Source: Lama glama (taxonomy: Eukaryota). From it: a stretch of DNA of 64,000 nt. The stretch spans positions 25,606,001 to 25,670,000 of the forward strand of contig CM052825.1 of the NCBI GenBank assembly GCA_028534125.1. Direction: 5' to 3'. The translations under genes were made by a program, and so were the position numbers. The notes under the pieces are model-generated. The model had not been told where the DNA came from and did not search any database. It worked only from the letters and a program-made list of their open reading frames with translations. Of the stretch, positions 24,701 to 37,397 are shown in pieces (the first letter of the stretch is position 1; each line of letters starts with the position of its first letter).

Positions 24701-27700
24701 ACTGGCCGAAGTGAGGGACAGAATTAGCCCAGGGTCCAGCCGCTTCTCGTTGTCCTCAGTGGCAAGCATCCTTGTGTGGTGCTCTGGGCTCAACTCCATA
24801 ATGGGTGGGGGACCAGGGTGTGGTCCTCAGGCTCCCAAAGCCTCGGTTTTCCTGTAAATACAATGGGCATCTTGAGTGGCTGGTTGCTCCCTGAAGATTC
24901 TGGGCGACCTATGGCCCCGGGCTCCAGCTGGCCAGTGGACTGGGGACACCAATGGGCTCCAGGAGAGAAGATGCTGGCTATGGGGGAGGCAGGACCAGAG
25001 ATAGCCCCTCTCTGGAGGCCCAGCACTGTCCTGGGGCACTGACTGCTTGGCAGGCTTCCTTGGGGGTGCGGGTTGAGGACAGAGTGGGTATCCATCCACA
25101 CTTGGGGACAGCAGGATGTGGATACTGTTTGCCAAGGTTCCAGCCTGGTCCACCCTTCTTGGGCCAAATGCCAGCACCTGGCCAGATGAACTGGATGGTC
25201 CACCCTCTGGGTGGCTGGGTTTTCCAGCATTTTCTGTGGCCCTGTTCCATCCCTCACTGGGGCCTCTTGCCAATCTGGGATGGGTGTGCTGACCCACTGG
25301 GAAGCATCGGGGGCTGGGTCAGGGAGAAGGTGACTCTTGTGGGAGGATCTTAGTGGCTGTGACCCTATCCTTCCATGGGCATCACTGAGGAGGACCACCC
25401 CCAACCTGCCGGCAATAGTGAGCCTTGGTCCCCCCGCCTGCCATGTGGGCCCACCCCCTCTAAGCAGTTTGGCAGTGCCCTGATCTGCCCCAGCCAGGAT
25501 GTCCACCAGGCCCTGGGCTGTCTGTGCATGGCTGCACACCTGGGCTGCCCACCTCTCCACTCCACATCATCACGCAGACCAGGGCATCCCTGGTCTGAGG
25601 GTGACCATCAGGCAGGTGCTGAGCACCCAGGCACCCCAGCTGAGCAGCAAGGCAAGGCCATCCGGGCCTGGCTCTCAGGCTCCCCACTGCTTGTACTCAG
25701 CATCCAGCCCAACAGGGGGCCTGGTTCAGGCCCCACGAGCCCCAGACCCTCCCCTCAGCCTGGGAACTTCAAGGAAAGCAGCAGGGTTGAGGGGGGGTTA
25801 GCCTTGAAGAGGGCAGTGATGTGATGACCTCCTTGCCCTGGGGCTTCTAGATCAGGGCCCTGGAGGGTGGGGAATCTCTGTACTCCCTAACTCCAGGCCT
25901 GGCTAGCAAGTGGCCACCTCCATGGTCCATGTTGGGGTCTCTGCATCATGAGGGCCCTCAGGTCTCGAGGGTCATCCAGGCCCTGGTGTAGGGTGCATCC
26001 CGCAGCAGGGTTCAGGCAGCTGAGTGGACCGACTCTCCCTCCAAGGGTCCTGGAAGCACAGTCCTACCCCGACTGGCTCAGAACTGCTGGGAGTTGGGGC
26101 ATCTGGACACCCCAGGCCTTGGTCCCTCTTGAGGCTGGCAGCCTCAGCTGAGGCAACCCCCGAGGGGACCAGGGCCCTCCCTAGCCCGTGAAGTTGCAGC
26201 CCTAACCAGCAGATGGATGTGGGCTCAGGAGGTGGGGCAGCTGTGAACGTGCAGATTCACACACGTGAGTCTGACCGACTGGGGACCTTCCCGTCATTGA
26301 ACATAAAATGCACACACAAGATTTCTGAGAGCAGAACGTACACTCAGCCTAGTCCCAAGTGCTGGGAGCTGTGGCTGCCCTTCAGAGTTGTGGGGGTGTC
26401 TATGGAGAGGCCCCCAGCCAGCCCCCAAGCCGGCCTGGGGCCTGGACCTAGGGCTCCCATCCTGCAGCCAGGACTCCCTCCCTAGCTTCTCTCAGCCTGT
26501 GTCCGGGACGGGGTCTGCCCTGCTGCACCCTACACTGGGGGCAGCCCTCCCTCCAGCCTCTGGACTGAGGAGGCTCACAGCCCCACACCGTCCATCTGTG
26601 CAAGATCAGGCTGCCATGGGTTTATTTGTTTCCAGGACAAATGCTGACTGAGCACAGCTGGGTTCGTCCAAGTCCCTGGGAGCAGTCTGGGTGAGAGAGA
26701 CCAGGCATGTGGGCCCTAGTCTCAGTCTCATCAGGGCCCAGGAAGAGCTGGTGGGGGACCCTGGGGCTGAGACCCTGAGAGCTGGGCCTACCTGAGGTGC
26801 CCTCAGAGGGAGACAGGGCCAAGCTGTGTGTCCCCAGCCCTCTTGCATCCAGGTCCTTGCTCCCCACTCAGTGCCTCTGCTCACATGGTCCTCTGGGAAG
26901 CCCGCTGCACGATCCCTGGCACCTGAGAGCTGGGCCAGCCTTTGTCTGCTGGGGTAGGGGACTCAGGGTTTCCCTCCAGGCTGAGACTCTCCAGCCGAGC
27001 CCCACCTGGAGACTGTGGGGCAGGCCTGTGCCTCCCGACCTGTTGAAGGAGAAGGCGATGCCTCACACCTGTGATCAGGGTAAACCAGCCCCAGCATCTG
27101 GCAGCCTCACACGGCTGCGGGTCCAGCGAGAGCTGCCCACAAGCCTCGGAGCCCTATTTCCTCTCTCAGATGGGCACTTGTCTTCATCAGTGCCTTCCTG
27201 GTTACCCACCTGCCCGTGTGTTTGCAGTTTGTTTCAGTGTTTCACTGACCTGGCTGTGAGGGATCTCAGGGCAGCTCAGCCCGCAAGCCCTCCTGGGGAC
27301 CCTGGGATGCAGCCAAACCCTCCTGCTACCAACCCCACAACTCTGTCCTTCCAGAAACAATTTCCCAGCCACCGAGTCTCTGGAAATTTCTGAAGTGTCC
27401 AGGCTGAGCTCACCAGACAGATGGTGGGGTTAAGTTGGGGGCTGCCTGACGGCTCTGTTAAACCCTGACTCTCTCTACTGATCTGGGACAGTTACCTGAT
27501 GGCAAACCCATTAGGTCCTCACACACCATTAAAGACTTTAAAAATAACAGTTTATCATTGTTTTATTTTGCCACAGCCAAGGTTCAGGGCAGGATGCTGT
27601 GCTCCTGACTGTGTGAGGGTGCCACTTTGGACATGGTGGCAGGGATATTGTGCATCTGATCCCCCAGTGGGGGCACTTGTCTCCCTAGATGATCAAGGAG

Positions 27701-28239
27701 GGACAGACCCTCTACTTGGGAGCTCGAGCCCACTGGCAGCCCAGGAAGCTTTGCTCTGGCTGGTCCCAATCCCCACCTTATGGGGGCACCCGAGATGCCA
27801 GCAAGTGGGGTGTGCCCAGTGAGAAGCCTCTGCCCTTTGCTCAGAGAGGGGGGACTTGCTTGGTCCCCACCCTTCACCCCTACTCCCAAGACCTGGTGAA
27901 CAGTTCTCCACTAAGTCCTGGAGGCCCTGTCGTCATAGAAACAGACCACGTTCCCAGAGTAAACCATGGCCATCTGTGTCCCTCTCTGGCCAGGGCCAGG
28001 AGTAGGTGGGGACAGGGGCCTCTCCTCCCCAGATCTGTTAATGGAACAAATAGGATCAAGTCCCCAGCTGCACTGCCCACCTGTGCCAACCTCCCATCAT
28101 GCAGGAATCAAATTCTGCAGGCCCTCCTCCCCATACCCCATCTCCCTGTCCCCCTAACATGCCTTGCTGGCCCCAGACCCTAGCTGGCCAGCAGTCACAG
28201 AGTCTGAGCTCATCCTCAGAACTCATATTAGCCATAAGT

Positions 28240-28430
28240 CAAGGGATACCGAGAGCCCCCAGAAGCTGGGAGAGGCGGAAAGTATCCTCCCCTGGAGACC
28301 CTGGATGGAGCATGGCCCTCAGACGCCTTGACATAGAACATTTGGCTCCCAGACTGGGAGAAGATGAACTTCTGCGTTGAGCCTCCAGTATTTCGTCCTT
28401 TGTTACAATAGCCCTTGGAAGCTTAAATAA
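28240..28430 (+). mobile_element. MLT1-family LTR 3' part
   Basis: ccagaagctgggagagg...ggagcatggccc...tttgttacaatagccc. Confidence 0.7.
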
Positions 28431-28700
28431 GGTTTATCATGTTACTCTCCAATACAGACAGTTAATGTCTTGTGTAAAATGGGAATACACGCATCTTTAA
28501 ATCTTTTGCTGCTTTTCTTGGTTTGTAACATACAAAAGAAGCCTCCTATACATAAGACAGCCCCTCAGGCTCCTCCAGGACCTCAGGGCCAGCTCTTGGG
28601 GCAGTAGGTGAGGCTCACTGCCTCTGGCTGGGGTCTCACTCTGTCTGTGATGATGGGCCTGCCCGTCAGCTGGCTGTGGGGTGGATGGGGCTTGGCCAGC

Positions 28701-28722
28701 TGGGCTGGGCTGGGCTGGGCTG
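28701..28722 (+). repeat. (TGGGC)4 microsatellite, G4-capable
   Basis: tgggctgggctgggctgggctg. Confidence 0.7.
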
Positions 28723-31700
28723 GTGGCTCTTCCAGTTCACTCCGGGGTGGAGCTCGGGCTGGCACTGACCATCCAGACAGCAGTGGCCCCTCTGGTAGCA
28801 GTTACGTCACCTGGAGGAGGGACACTGGCTTGGCATGGTGGGCTCCCTCTGTTTGGTCAACCTGTGTACTCACGGGGCCACTTGTTGTGGGAGGCAGAGG
28901 TGTGGGCAGCTGCGGGGGCCTAGCTGGAGGGTGCTCGCTGGAGGAGCTGAGCACCTGGAGAGCTTCCTGGAGGAGGGGTCTCAGGGCCGGTCCTGAGGAT
29001 GGAGAGGGATGAGAGGAAGAGTAGCCTGGGGGAGGCCTGGGGGCAGAATGACCTGGGCTCTGAGTACCCACAAGGTCAGCTTGAGCAGCAGACTGGGGCA
29101 GGGGTGGGGGCGGACTGGCAGGGGTTGTTGTGGTGAGGGGCACATAGAACCCACCAGGAAGGGACTTTCTGCAAATCTTGAGCAAATTGTGTTTGTGCAG
29201 ATGAGGCGCCAGCTCCCTCACAGAGGCAGAGTCCCCAGAGCACCCCTCCCTCTCTTCTCAGGAAAGCAAGATTTATAATAATGCAAGTGCATTAGCTCGG
29301 CAGGAGGGGGTCTGATCCCACTGGAGGCAGCGGGGCTTCCTTACTGGCCTTTGTGTCGGCAGTGGGGCTGCGGTCAATGCTTGGCTGATGGCTATTTAGA
29401 GCTGCCCGGGGTGGTGAGGGGGAGCAGCACTGATCGGGGGCTGGGAGAGCCAACAGAAGCTGCTTCCCCACGCCCCCCGTGGTCCAGCGTGCCCCTCCCT
29501 CGGTGGGCCTGCCTGGTTGGTGGGGAGGTCTCCCCCGTCTTCCCGGCAGGCCGCATCTGCATCTAACCCCTAGCCACAAAGAAGACCCCACTTTCCAGGA
29601 ACCTCCCTGCCCTTCTTGGAGGCCCAGGAGGGTGGACGTTAGTGGCTCTGTGGTCAACAGAACCAGGCAACAAGGTACACGGGGAGACAGAAATTTGGTC
29701 TCTGATGGGCTGGTAGGTTTAGGGCCCGTCTAATTTCGTTGTTAACTCCCTGGAGTTCCTGGTACACACTGGGTGCTAGTAAGGTCTTAGAAAACTGGTG
29801 TGACTTACTGCCATTGGTGGGCGAGGGTCACCGAGTGCTGGGGGAGTCCCACTGGGATTCTACTGCCTGCCTTCCTTCCCAGCCTCAGGACTGTCAGCTC
29901 CCAGAGATGCCTGGGTTCAACAGACTTGTGCCTGTGCAGAGACCACACACAGAGGGTTCTGGCCTTGGCCTGGCCCATCTTAGGGCCTCCCTTTGGCCTC
30001 TAGCAGACTTAGGACCTGGGAGGGGGGCCTCCCTTTGACCTCAAGGTCCCTGTGCCGTGGCCTTCTAGGACAGCTTCCAGGACAGTCCCCCCAGTTCTGG
30101 GATCCCCTGCAGCTCAGAGGGCAGTGACCGAACCCCTGCTTCTTGGGGTCCCTGCCCCTGTTGGGGCACTTCGGCTGCATCGACCTCTAGAGCCCTACTT
30201 GGCCAGCCCAGGCCATCGACCCAAGTGTCCCAGCTCTCCTGGGCCTGCCTGCTGGCCTAGGGAGGGACAGCAACACCCAGGAGATACATTTACACCTGAG
30301 ACTGCTTCCCGCAGCCACAGAGATCAGAGGACTTGAGGAATGGAACCGGTGGGCAGGCGGAAAGGGCTGCACCTGCCCCTCAAGGCCTGGCCTGGCTGAT
30401 GGCCTTGCCCTTCTCCTCCAAGCACTTAACCGGCTGCTGGCTCCCTCTCAGAGACTCTGAGGGGCCCTGGCTCTCAGCTAAGTGGCTCCACGCTGTGTCC
30501 ACCACTCCCGTGAGGGCCTTGGGGGCACGGTGTGCCGTCCAGCCGCCGTCCTCTGTCTATTTTCAGGACCTCTTTGGGCTAAGTGCTGGGCGGAGCCCCC
30601 AGAGGGGCTGCACTCAGGGCTATTTGCGTCCTCGCAGGGGGCCCTGGGCTCCTGGCGCCGCCACGGGCCTGACATCCCATCAGATGAACTTGGGATGCCC
30701 TTGGCCAGGGATGCTGGTGGGTTGCAGGGGCACCATCTCCTCTTTTCTGCTGGTGAAGTGTTGTCTTGGAGAGAAACAGAAACTTCTCTCAGGCTCTCCA
30801 GCAGGAAGAGTTGATGCCCCTTCTAAGGCAGGGTCTCCCTCCCCAGCCACAGAGGGGTCCCCAGGTGCTGTGTGGAATAGGCCAGCACTGCTGGCTTCTA
30901 CCCTCCAGACGCCGAGAGAACCTCTTCTCCTGCCGCTGTGATAACCAAAAATGCTGGACACCGCATCGTGGACACCCCACACCCAGGGAAGCAGACCACA
31001 TCTCCAGTTTGCAGACAAGGCACAGAGAGGTTAGGGGTTTGCCAAAAGTCACCCAGGGCTCAGACGGCACGAGGGCTCACCCAGGAGGCCTGATGTCAGG
31101 GCAACTCCGTGCCCTCGACCAGAGCCTTCAGAGAGGCTGGACGAGAGGGAGGGGTGGGTGGGAGGCAGGAGCTGGGTGGAGAGAATACGGTCTCTGCCGG
31201 TCCTCTGTGCCTGCCCTCCAAATGACCCTCCAGGCTCTTATCTGGAGACTGCACACCCCTAATCGGCTCGATTGCCTACAGGAGCATTTGCAGAGGATGT
31301 TGCTGGAGCTTCTTAACATCAGAAGCGGCTGCCCTCCCCGCTACCCCACTGGGACAGCCCAAGGTCGCTGGGGCCACAACTTACTGGGGGTGTGGAGAAC
31401 CAGGGCTGAGGAGTGTAGCTGCTCCAGGTGCTGGCCAGGAGAGGCTAGGGGGCCAGGAGAGGCAACCAAGGTCAGAGAGGGAGGCAGGCATCCCTGCTGT
31501 GGCCTCAGGAGCCCCCCATGCAGTGAAACAGAGGGGACCCCCCAAGGCCCCTTCCAGGCCCAGTCCCTGGGATCTCATGGTCTGCAGCTTAGAGCTGGCC
31601 CAGGATGTGTTACTGCCACGTGGCCCTAGGCTGCCCCAGGACCCCTCTCATCTTTCCACCTGGGGCTGCAGAGGCAACAAAGGTCCAATCAGGAATTAAG

Positions 31701-32499
31701 ATGGTGGGGGTGGGGTGTTGTGAGCAGCTGCTGACACCTGCAGAACTGGGTCCCAGTGTCAGAGCATCCAGGACGGCCAATGCTGAGGCCCAGGACACAG
31801 GGCAGAGCTGGGGTTCAGGCCCAAACACCAACAGTGTCAAAATGGCCCCTCTATCCCCTAGATGGGGCCTGACCTCACCAATCCCCTAAAATGCCCCACT
31901 AAGAATGACCTCAGCTAGGCCCCAAGCTGCCCAGCACCCGCCTCGGGCCAGCCCCACTCGCATTGCCCTGTCCATCCTCGCCCCCACGAGAAGGCCTTCA
32001 TGTCTCGTTATTCCATGACAGGGAGGACAGGCTCAGAGGCAGCAAGAGACGCCCGCAAAGTCACCCAGCAGATGGGGGGCTGGGCAGACCCTGGACCTGC
32101 TCATGGCTCAATGCCCAGCACCCCCACCACACCCATTGTGGCACCCAGACCTGCCACCTTAGACCGGGGCCTCCAGGATGCAGACGTGGACCTCAACTTG
32201 CTGGTCCCCTCAGTGCAGTCATTTCCCGAGGCCCTTCTGAGGCCAGCAGAGCTTGCCTGGTGGTGAACACCAGCCTGGGGGGTGAGGTGCCTGGGCTGAC
32301 AGCACAGGAGGTGGGTGGTCAGGCTGGGCTGGTGGAGGAGGGGACAGCACAGGGAGATGTGAGGCCTCCAGCCCCAGCCCCACTCCCTCCCTCCCTGCCC
32401 TGCCCTGCGTCCCTCAGACTCCCTTTGCCTAGCCCACTGGCTTCCACCTGTTCAGCCTGTAGGAGGCTGGGAAGTTAGGGACCATCCCCAAGGCCCTCC

Positions 32500-32830
32500 C
32501 TTCTGACCCTAACTGCAAGCCCAGGGGTCACCAAGACCACCCTGAGGTTCGGTGATTCTCCAGAGGGACGCACCAGGAGCCGTGATGCTCACGGGCACAG
32601 TTATGGGGAGAGGGCACAAGGGGAAGAGGGTCAGGGACCGTGGGGCAGGGTCCAGGCCACAGACCCCTTGTCATCTCCCCTCAAAGCCAGCACACCTTGC
32701 CTTCCCTGCACGGACGTGTGAGGGCACACGGGCAGTGCCAACCAGGAGAGCTCCCTGAGCCCCAGTGTCCAAGGGTTTTATTGGAGATGCTGCAAGTTGG
32801 GGCAGCCCTGTGGGTGGGCAGGTGGGAGGT
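32500..32830. mobile_element. MER21/MER77-like ERVL LTR fragment
   Basis: ccaagaccaccctgaggttcggtgattc...tgccaaccaggagagctccctgagcc...gggttttattggag. Confidence 0.65.
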
Positions 32831-35739
32831 CCCGGTGGGAGCCTCTGAGACCCATGCAGCTCAGGTGCTATGTCTGAGGCCACCTCCCAACCCTCCACTG
32901 CTGCCTGGGGCCTGAGGGCCCAGAAGTGCCCTGATCTCACCAAGCCTGTTTTCTCTTCCGTGAAGGCGCTGCGTGGGAGGTAGGTGAAACCCTGCACTGC
33001 CCACAGCAGGAACACATGTGTATCCACCCCAGTTGGGCATTGGGGCCCAGATGACGGAGCCTCTATGGGGTTCTGAAAGGGTCTCCAGAAATGATGGGGG
33101 GGCGGTAGAGATGGAGAATTTGGGTGTTAGAGGACCTCTGACCCCTGCACATGGCTCCTGGCCGCTGAGCTCCAGGGCCAGATAGGGGCTAGGCTGGGCA
33201 CCCTCTGCCTGCCCGCCCACCCTCAGCCCCGGGCATTAGCGGCCTCGTCATGTCAGCCTGTTCCTGGCCCTGCTTGGGCAGACGCAAAATCTCTCCTAAA
33301 TCCTGTATTTAATTTTGTTCTCTGGGAAATTGTAGGAGGTTTTGGAGATAAAGCTGAGCTGATAAATCAGGGATTTGGCTGTTCTTGCAGAAATACTTGG
33401 ACAGGGAGGCGGGAGGCAGGCCCGGGATGCCCAAGACAGCCAGACCTGGCTTAGGAGCCCCACCTTGGAGCACCAACAGGGCCTCCACCAAGTAGGACTG
33501 AAGAGAGTCTATGGCTGGGTCAGTGGGCTCCCCAGTGTGATGGGAGTGAAGGACACCAGGGTGAGCATGATACACACGGGGGTCAGACCCCAAGGAATAC
33601 CCCCAAGGCACTGTTAGAAGGTGGGCCCATGCACTGCAAAGCTTGAGGGGCTGAATTGTGGGGTGGGGGTTTGCTGATGCTTAGTTAGCTGGAATTCTCT
33701 TCTCAAATTTGTGCCTCCGAAGACCCTCCCCACAGGGGTGTGGTGTCAGTCCCTGCCCTCGCTGGCTGCTCTGCCCTGGGCATGCCCCACTCAGCCAACA
33801 CCCCCATCCCTGGAACAGTGTCCTCCAATCTCCCAAGCATGCTTAGGTCCAGTGTAGAGTGAAGTAGGATGATCACCTCCCTCATTTGGGAACATATACC
33901 TCTTTTAATGTGATCCCTGGTGGCATTTGGTTTGTCTACCTTGAAACCTATTGGCTGATGTCCACCAGGGGCCTCAGAAATCCTAGTGGGTAGGTCAGTT
34001 TTTGTCTCATTTGCTCGTTATTGTTGAGTTTGTCTTTTTAATGGCAGTGGTGTTCAGCCAGTGGGCAGGTGATGACTCAAACCCACGAGCATGCTCGGTG
34101 TTGGGCACCTGACCATGAGAGCAGTTCACCCAGCCTCTTTTTTCTCCCCTTGTCTCTGGAGCCTCTCACCTTTCTTTTGTGCACACCTCAAGCTGGTTTC
34201 TTGCATTTCCTTAGCTGGGTCTGAGTTCCTTTTATTCATACAAAGTTTTGTGAAGGCCAGGTTTGTGTGCCCCTGTGCTCTGAACTACAGAAGGCAGAGG
34301 GGGGAGGGCCTTGAGTCAGTTCAGAGATTGCAGAAGGCAATCAGGGCAGACTTCCTGGAGGAGGGGTGAGCTAACAGTAAGTGAGGTGGAGGGTATTCCA
34401 GGATGGGTGTGGATGTGGGGAGGGTGGGTATGCTGGAGCCTGGGATGAACCAGGTCTTCGCTGGGCCAGGTTTTGGTGTAGTAACAGGGGTCTGGTTGTC
34501 TTGGTAGCCTCCCGCAGCAAAGGTGTTTCAGATCCCTGGGGGTCTGTCCAGGGCCTGCCCCATGTCAGCCTCACTGAGGGACATGGAGCATCACCGGCCA
34601 CCTAGCAGGCACAGGGTAGACAGAGAACCAGCACCACCTCTTGAACACTCGGCCTGCCAGTAACATGGGTCTTCTGCTCCATGTCATTGACCAGAGTGGG
34701 GCACATGGCTTCACCTAGCTTCAAGGGGTTGCTGGGGACCTCCCCTGTGGACAGATGTGGGGCTACAGCCTGCTGCTGAACAGAAAATATGGAACCACTT
34801 GGGGTCTGGCTCCAGCCAGGATCCAGGCTCCCTGTGCACCGGGCTGGGTCCTGGGCCCCAGTGAAGGGGGACAGGTGTCCTCCATCAGGTGCATGGGGCC
34901 ATGGGTGGACCCCTGACCTCAGAACCTGCAGGTTCCCTCCCTCACTGAGAAGCAAAAGCAGGTGGGGGCGTGCCCAGAGGGACAGACATCTGGAGTGGAA
35001 CCAGCCTTTGGCCCCTGAGGTCAGTGAGCACGAGATGCCTGGAGAGGGAAACTTCCTGGAAAGAGACATAATTTAAAATCTGCCTTGAAATTCCTGCTGT
35101 TAATGTTCTTCTAATATTGCCTCTGGAGACAGAAGTGAAGTGATGTGCAGCCACCAAGCATGGACAGTAGCCGGTCTGCTGCCCTCAGGGAGGGTTGGGA
35201 CCCCAGCCTGCCCAGGGAGGGTCTGCCCCTTGACCCCCATCCCCAGAAGGTTGAGGAATTAGAAGCAGGGCAGTCCCCAGAGATGCCCCAGCCTCTCCTC
35301 TGGAGATGGCTCCAGAGTCTTCCAGTCCTCGATGATGCCTGCTATGTGGCCTTGATGGACTGACTGCTCCTCTCTGGGCCTCAGTCTCCTCATCTGTAAA
35401 TGGGGACCCAACATCACTCAGGGTGAGTGTCCAGCGGATGCTGGAGCAAGGCCCCCGGGGTCCTGGCTTAGGGGGTCAGCAGGCACAGGCAGAAGCAGGC
35501 GAGAATAGGGAACATGGCTTTGGACCCCCAAGGCTCCCTGAAAATTCCACTGGCCAACATACTCAAGGGACATTCGTCAGAACCTGGGTCTCTGATGGCC
35601 ACATGTCCTTGCAGAGGACATGGTGGAGTGGACAGAGCAGAGCTCTCAATGACTAGGGACAAGCAGCTACCCCAGAGCCCCTGGGAGAGACGTCCACCTC
35701 ACCCCACGCTGGCCCCGCGGAGCCAGTGGGCCCAGTGCA

Positions 35740-36310
35740 GCAAAATTCCTCCTTAAATGGAGTGAGGTGCTGCATCTCAAGCTGGTCCCCGTCTTCCACC
35801 ATCTGCTCTGGGTTTCTCAGAGAGCAAGGCACACACGTGCACAGGACCAGCTACAAGCTGCCCAAGTACATTGGTGAAGAGACACCTGACAGGGACGCTG
35901 ACTGCTCCATGAGCAGCTTGGCCATCCCCGAACCCTCTGCTATTCCGCAGGGCTGGTGGATGGAGGCCAGACCCATTGGACAGTGGGTGGAGGGCCCCAG
36001 GGACTCGTCTCTGATGGAGATCAAGGCAAGTCCTCACTTGGTGCTGCCTCCTCCTCGGGATGACCAGGGTCTTTCCTAGCTGCCCAGCCTCTGTTCAGCT
36101 CCTGTAGTCAAACCCAGCTCACCTTGCCTGCTCTGGGCTGTGTCCTTGGAATGGGGAACCTGAGCTCTCCCAGGCGTCATGGACAGCCTGTCTTGTTCTG
36201 GTCCCAGACTTCTCTACCGCATCCTGACACATGGCTGCTTGAACTCTTCCACGGATGGGGAGCTCACTCTCTGCAGGAAACACAGCCTTGTAGCTCCATG
36301 CTGCGATTAG
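35740..36310. mobile_element. Ancient CR1/L3 fragments
   Basis: ctgcccaagtacattggtgaagagac resembles L3 (ctgcacaagtacaggatgggggagac); ctgcttgaactcttccacggatggggagctcac resembles the CR1/MIR3 3' end in reverse. Confidence 0.4.
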
Positions 36311-36859
36311 ATCTCCCCGCGTCTTAGTGCCCTCTGCTTCACGGACATGACTCAGGCATTGATCATCTGTGTCCCTGGAACTGAATCTTCCCCGTGGCTC
36401 TCCTGGCCTGATTGGTGGATACACCACCTCTTTCCATTTTGTTCAGGTTGTAAATTTCACTGCTGGGCAGCTTGGTACAAGCAATTTTTTTTCTTTTAAA
36501 GATTCCCCCTTATTTGCAATCCTTTCCTATGGCTGGACTTCAAGCACTGGAGTTGCCAGGTTGGGTGCAGGACCAGTTCTCAATGTCATCGGCCAAACTG
36601 CTTCCACAAAAGCTGACCCGCTTGGCCGAGCCCACGGGGTGAATACGTGTGGGTTTCTCCACAGCCCTGCCCATGCTGGGCTTCAAACTTTATCATTTCC
36701 TCTGATTTGATGGGGGTGAGGTGGGGGCTGACAGTCCTCCAGATTTTTATTATTTTCAAGACACCAGGAGGGTGGAGTTTGAAAGCCCCTCAAGCACTTG
36801 CCATGTTTTCAAATTCATGGTCTTTGAGACTTTTCAAGTGGTGCCTGGGTAACAACAAC

Positions 36860-37397
36860 AACAACAAAAAATACCCAGAGGATTAAAAACAGCATTCAAA
36901 TAAACCCTGGAAACCTGTGTTCACAGCCGTGTTATTCACAAGAGCCAAAAGGTGGAAACAACCCAACTGTCCATCAGTTGATGATGGATAAACACAGTGC
37001 CATCTATCCAACAGTGGATATTACTCAGCCACGAATAGGAGACGCTGACACAGGCTACATGTGACCTGGATGAACCTTGAAAGCAGCTTGTTCATTGAAA
37101 GGAGGCAGATGCCAGAGGACAAATATCATACAATTTCATTTATTTGAAATGTTCAAAACAGGCAAATCCAAGTAGACAGAACGCAGATTGGCAGTTGCCA
37201 GGGGCTGGGGGAGGTGAGTGGGGAGCGAGCGCTAATGGGGACGGGGCTTCCATTTGGGGTGACAGAAACATTTAACATTCTGGAACTAGATGAAGGCGGT
37301 AGTTGTGCCACCTCGTGAATGTACTAATGCTACCAAGTTGTACACTTGAAAATGGTGAATTTTCTGTTATGTGTATTATACACAATAAAAAAAAAAG
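36860..37397 (+). mobile_element. L1MB-like 3' end with poly(A) tail
   Basis: agccaaaaggtggaaacaacccaactgtccatca...ggatgaaccttgaa...tacacttgaaaatggtgaatttt...caataaaaaaaaaa. Confidence 0.9.

Noticed and set aside
35821-36025. Exon-like segment (tttctcag acceptor, AAG|GCAAGT GC donor, phase compatible with TEKT4 exon 2)
   Set aside because: No convincing tektin similarity, it overlaps sequence resembling CR1/L3, and TEKT4 is complete without it; only junction reads could revive it
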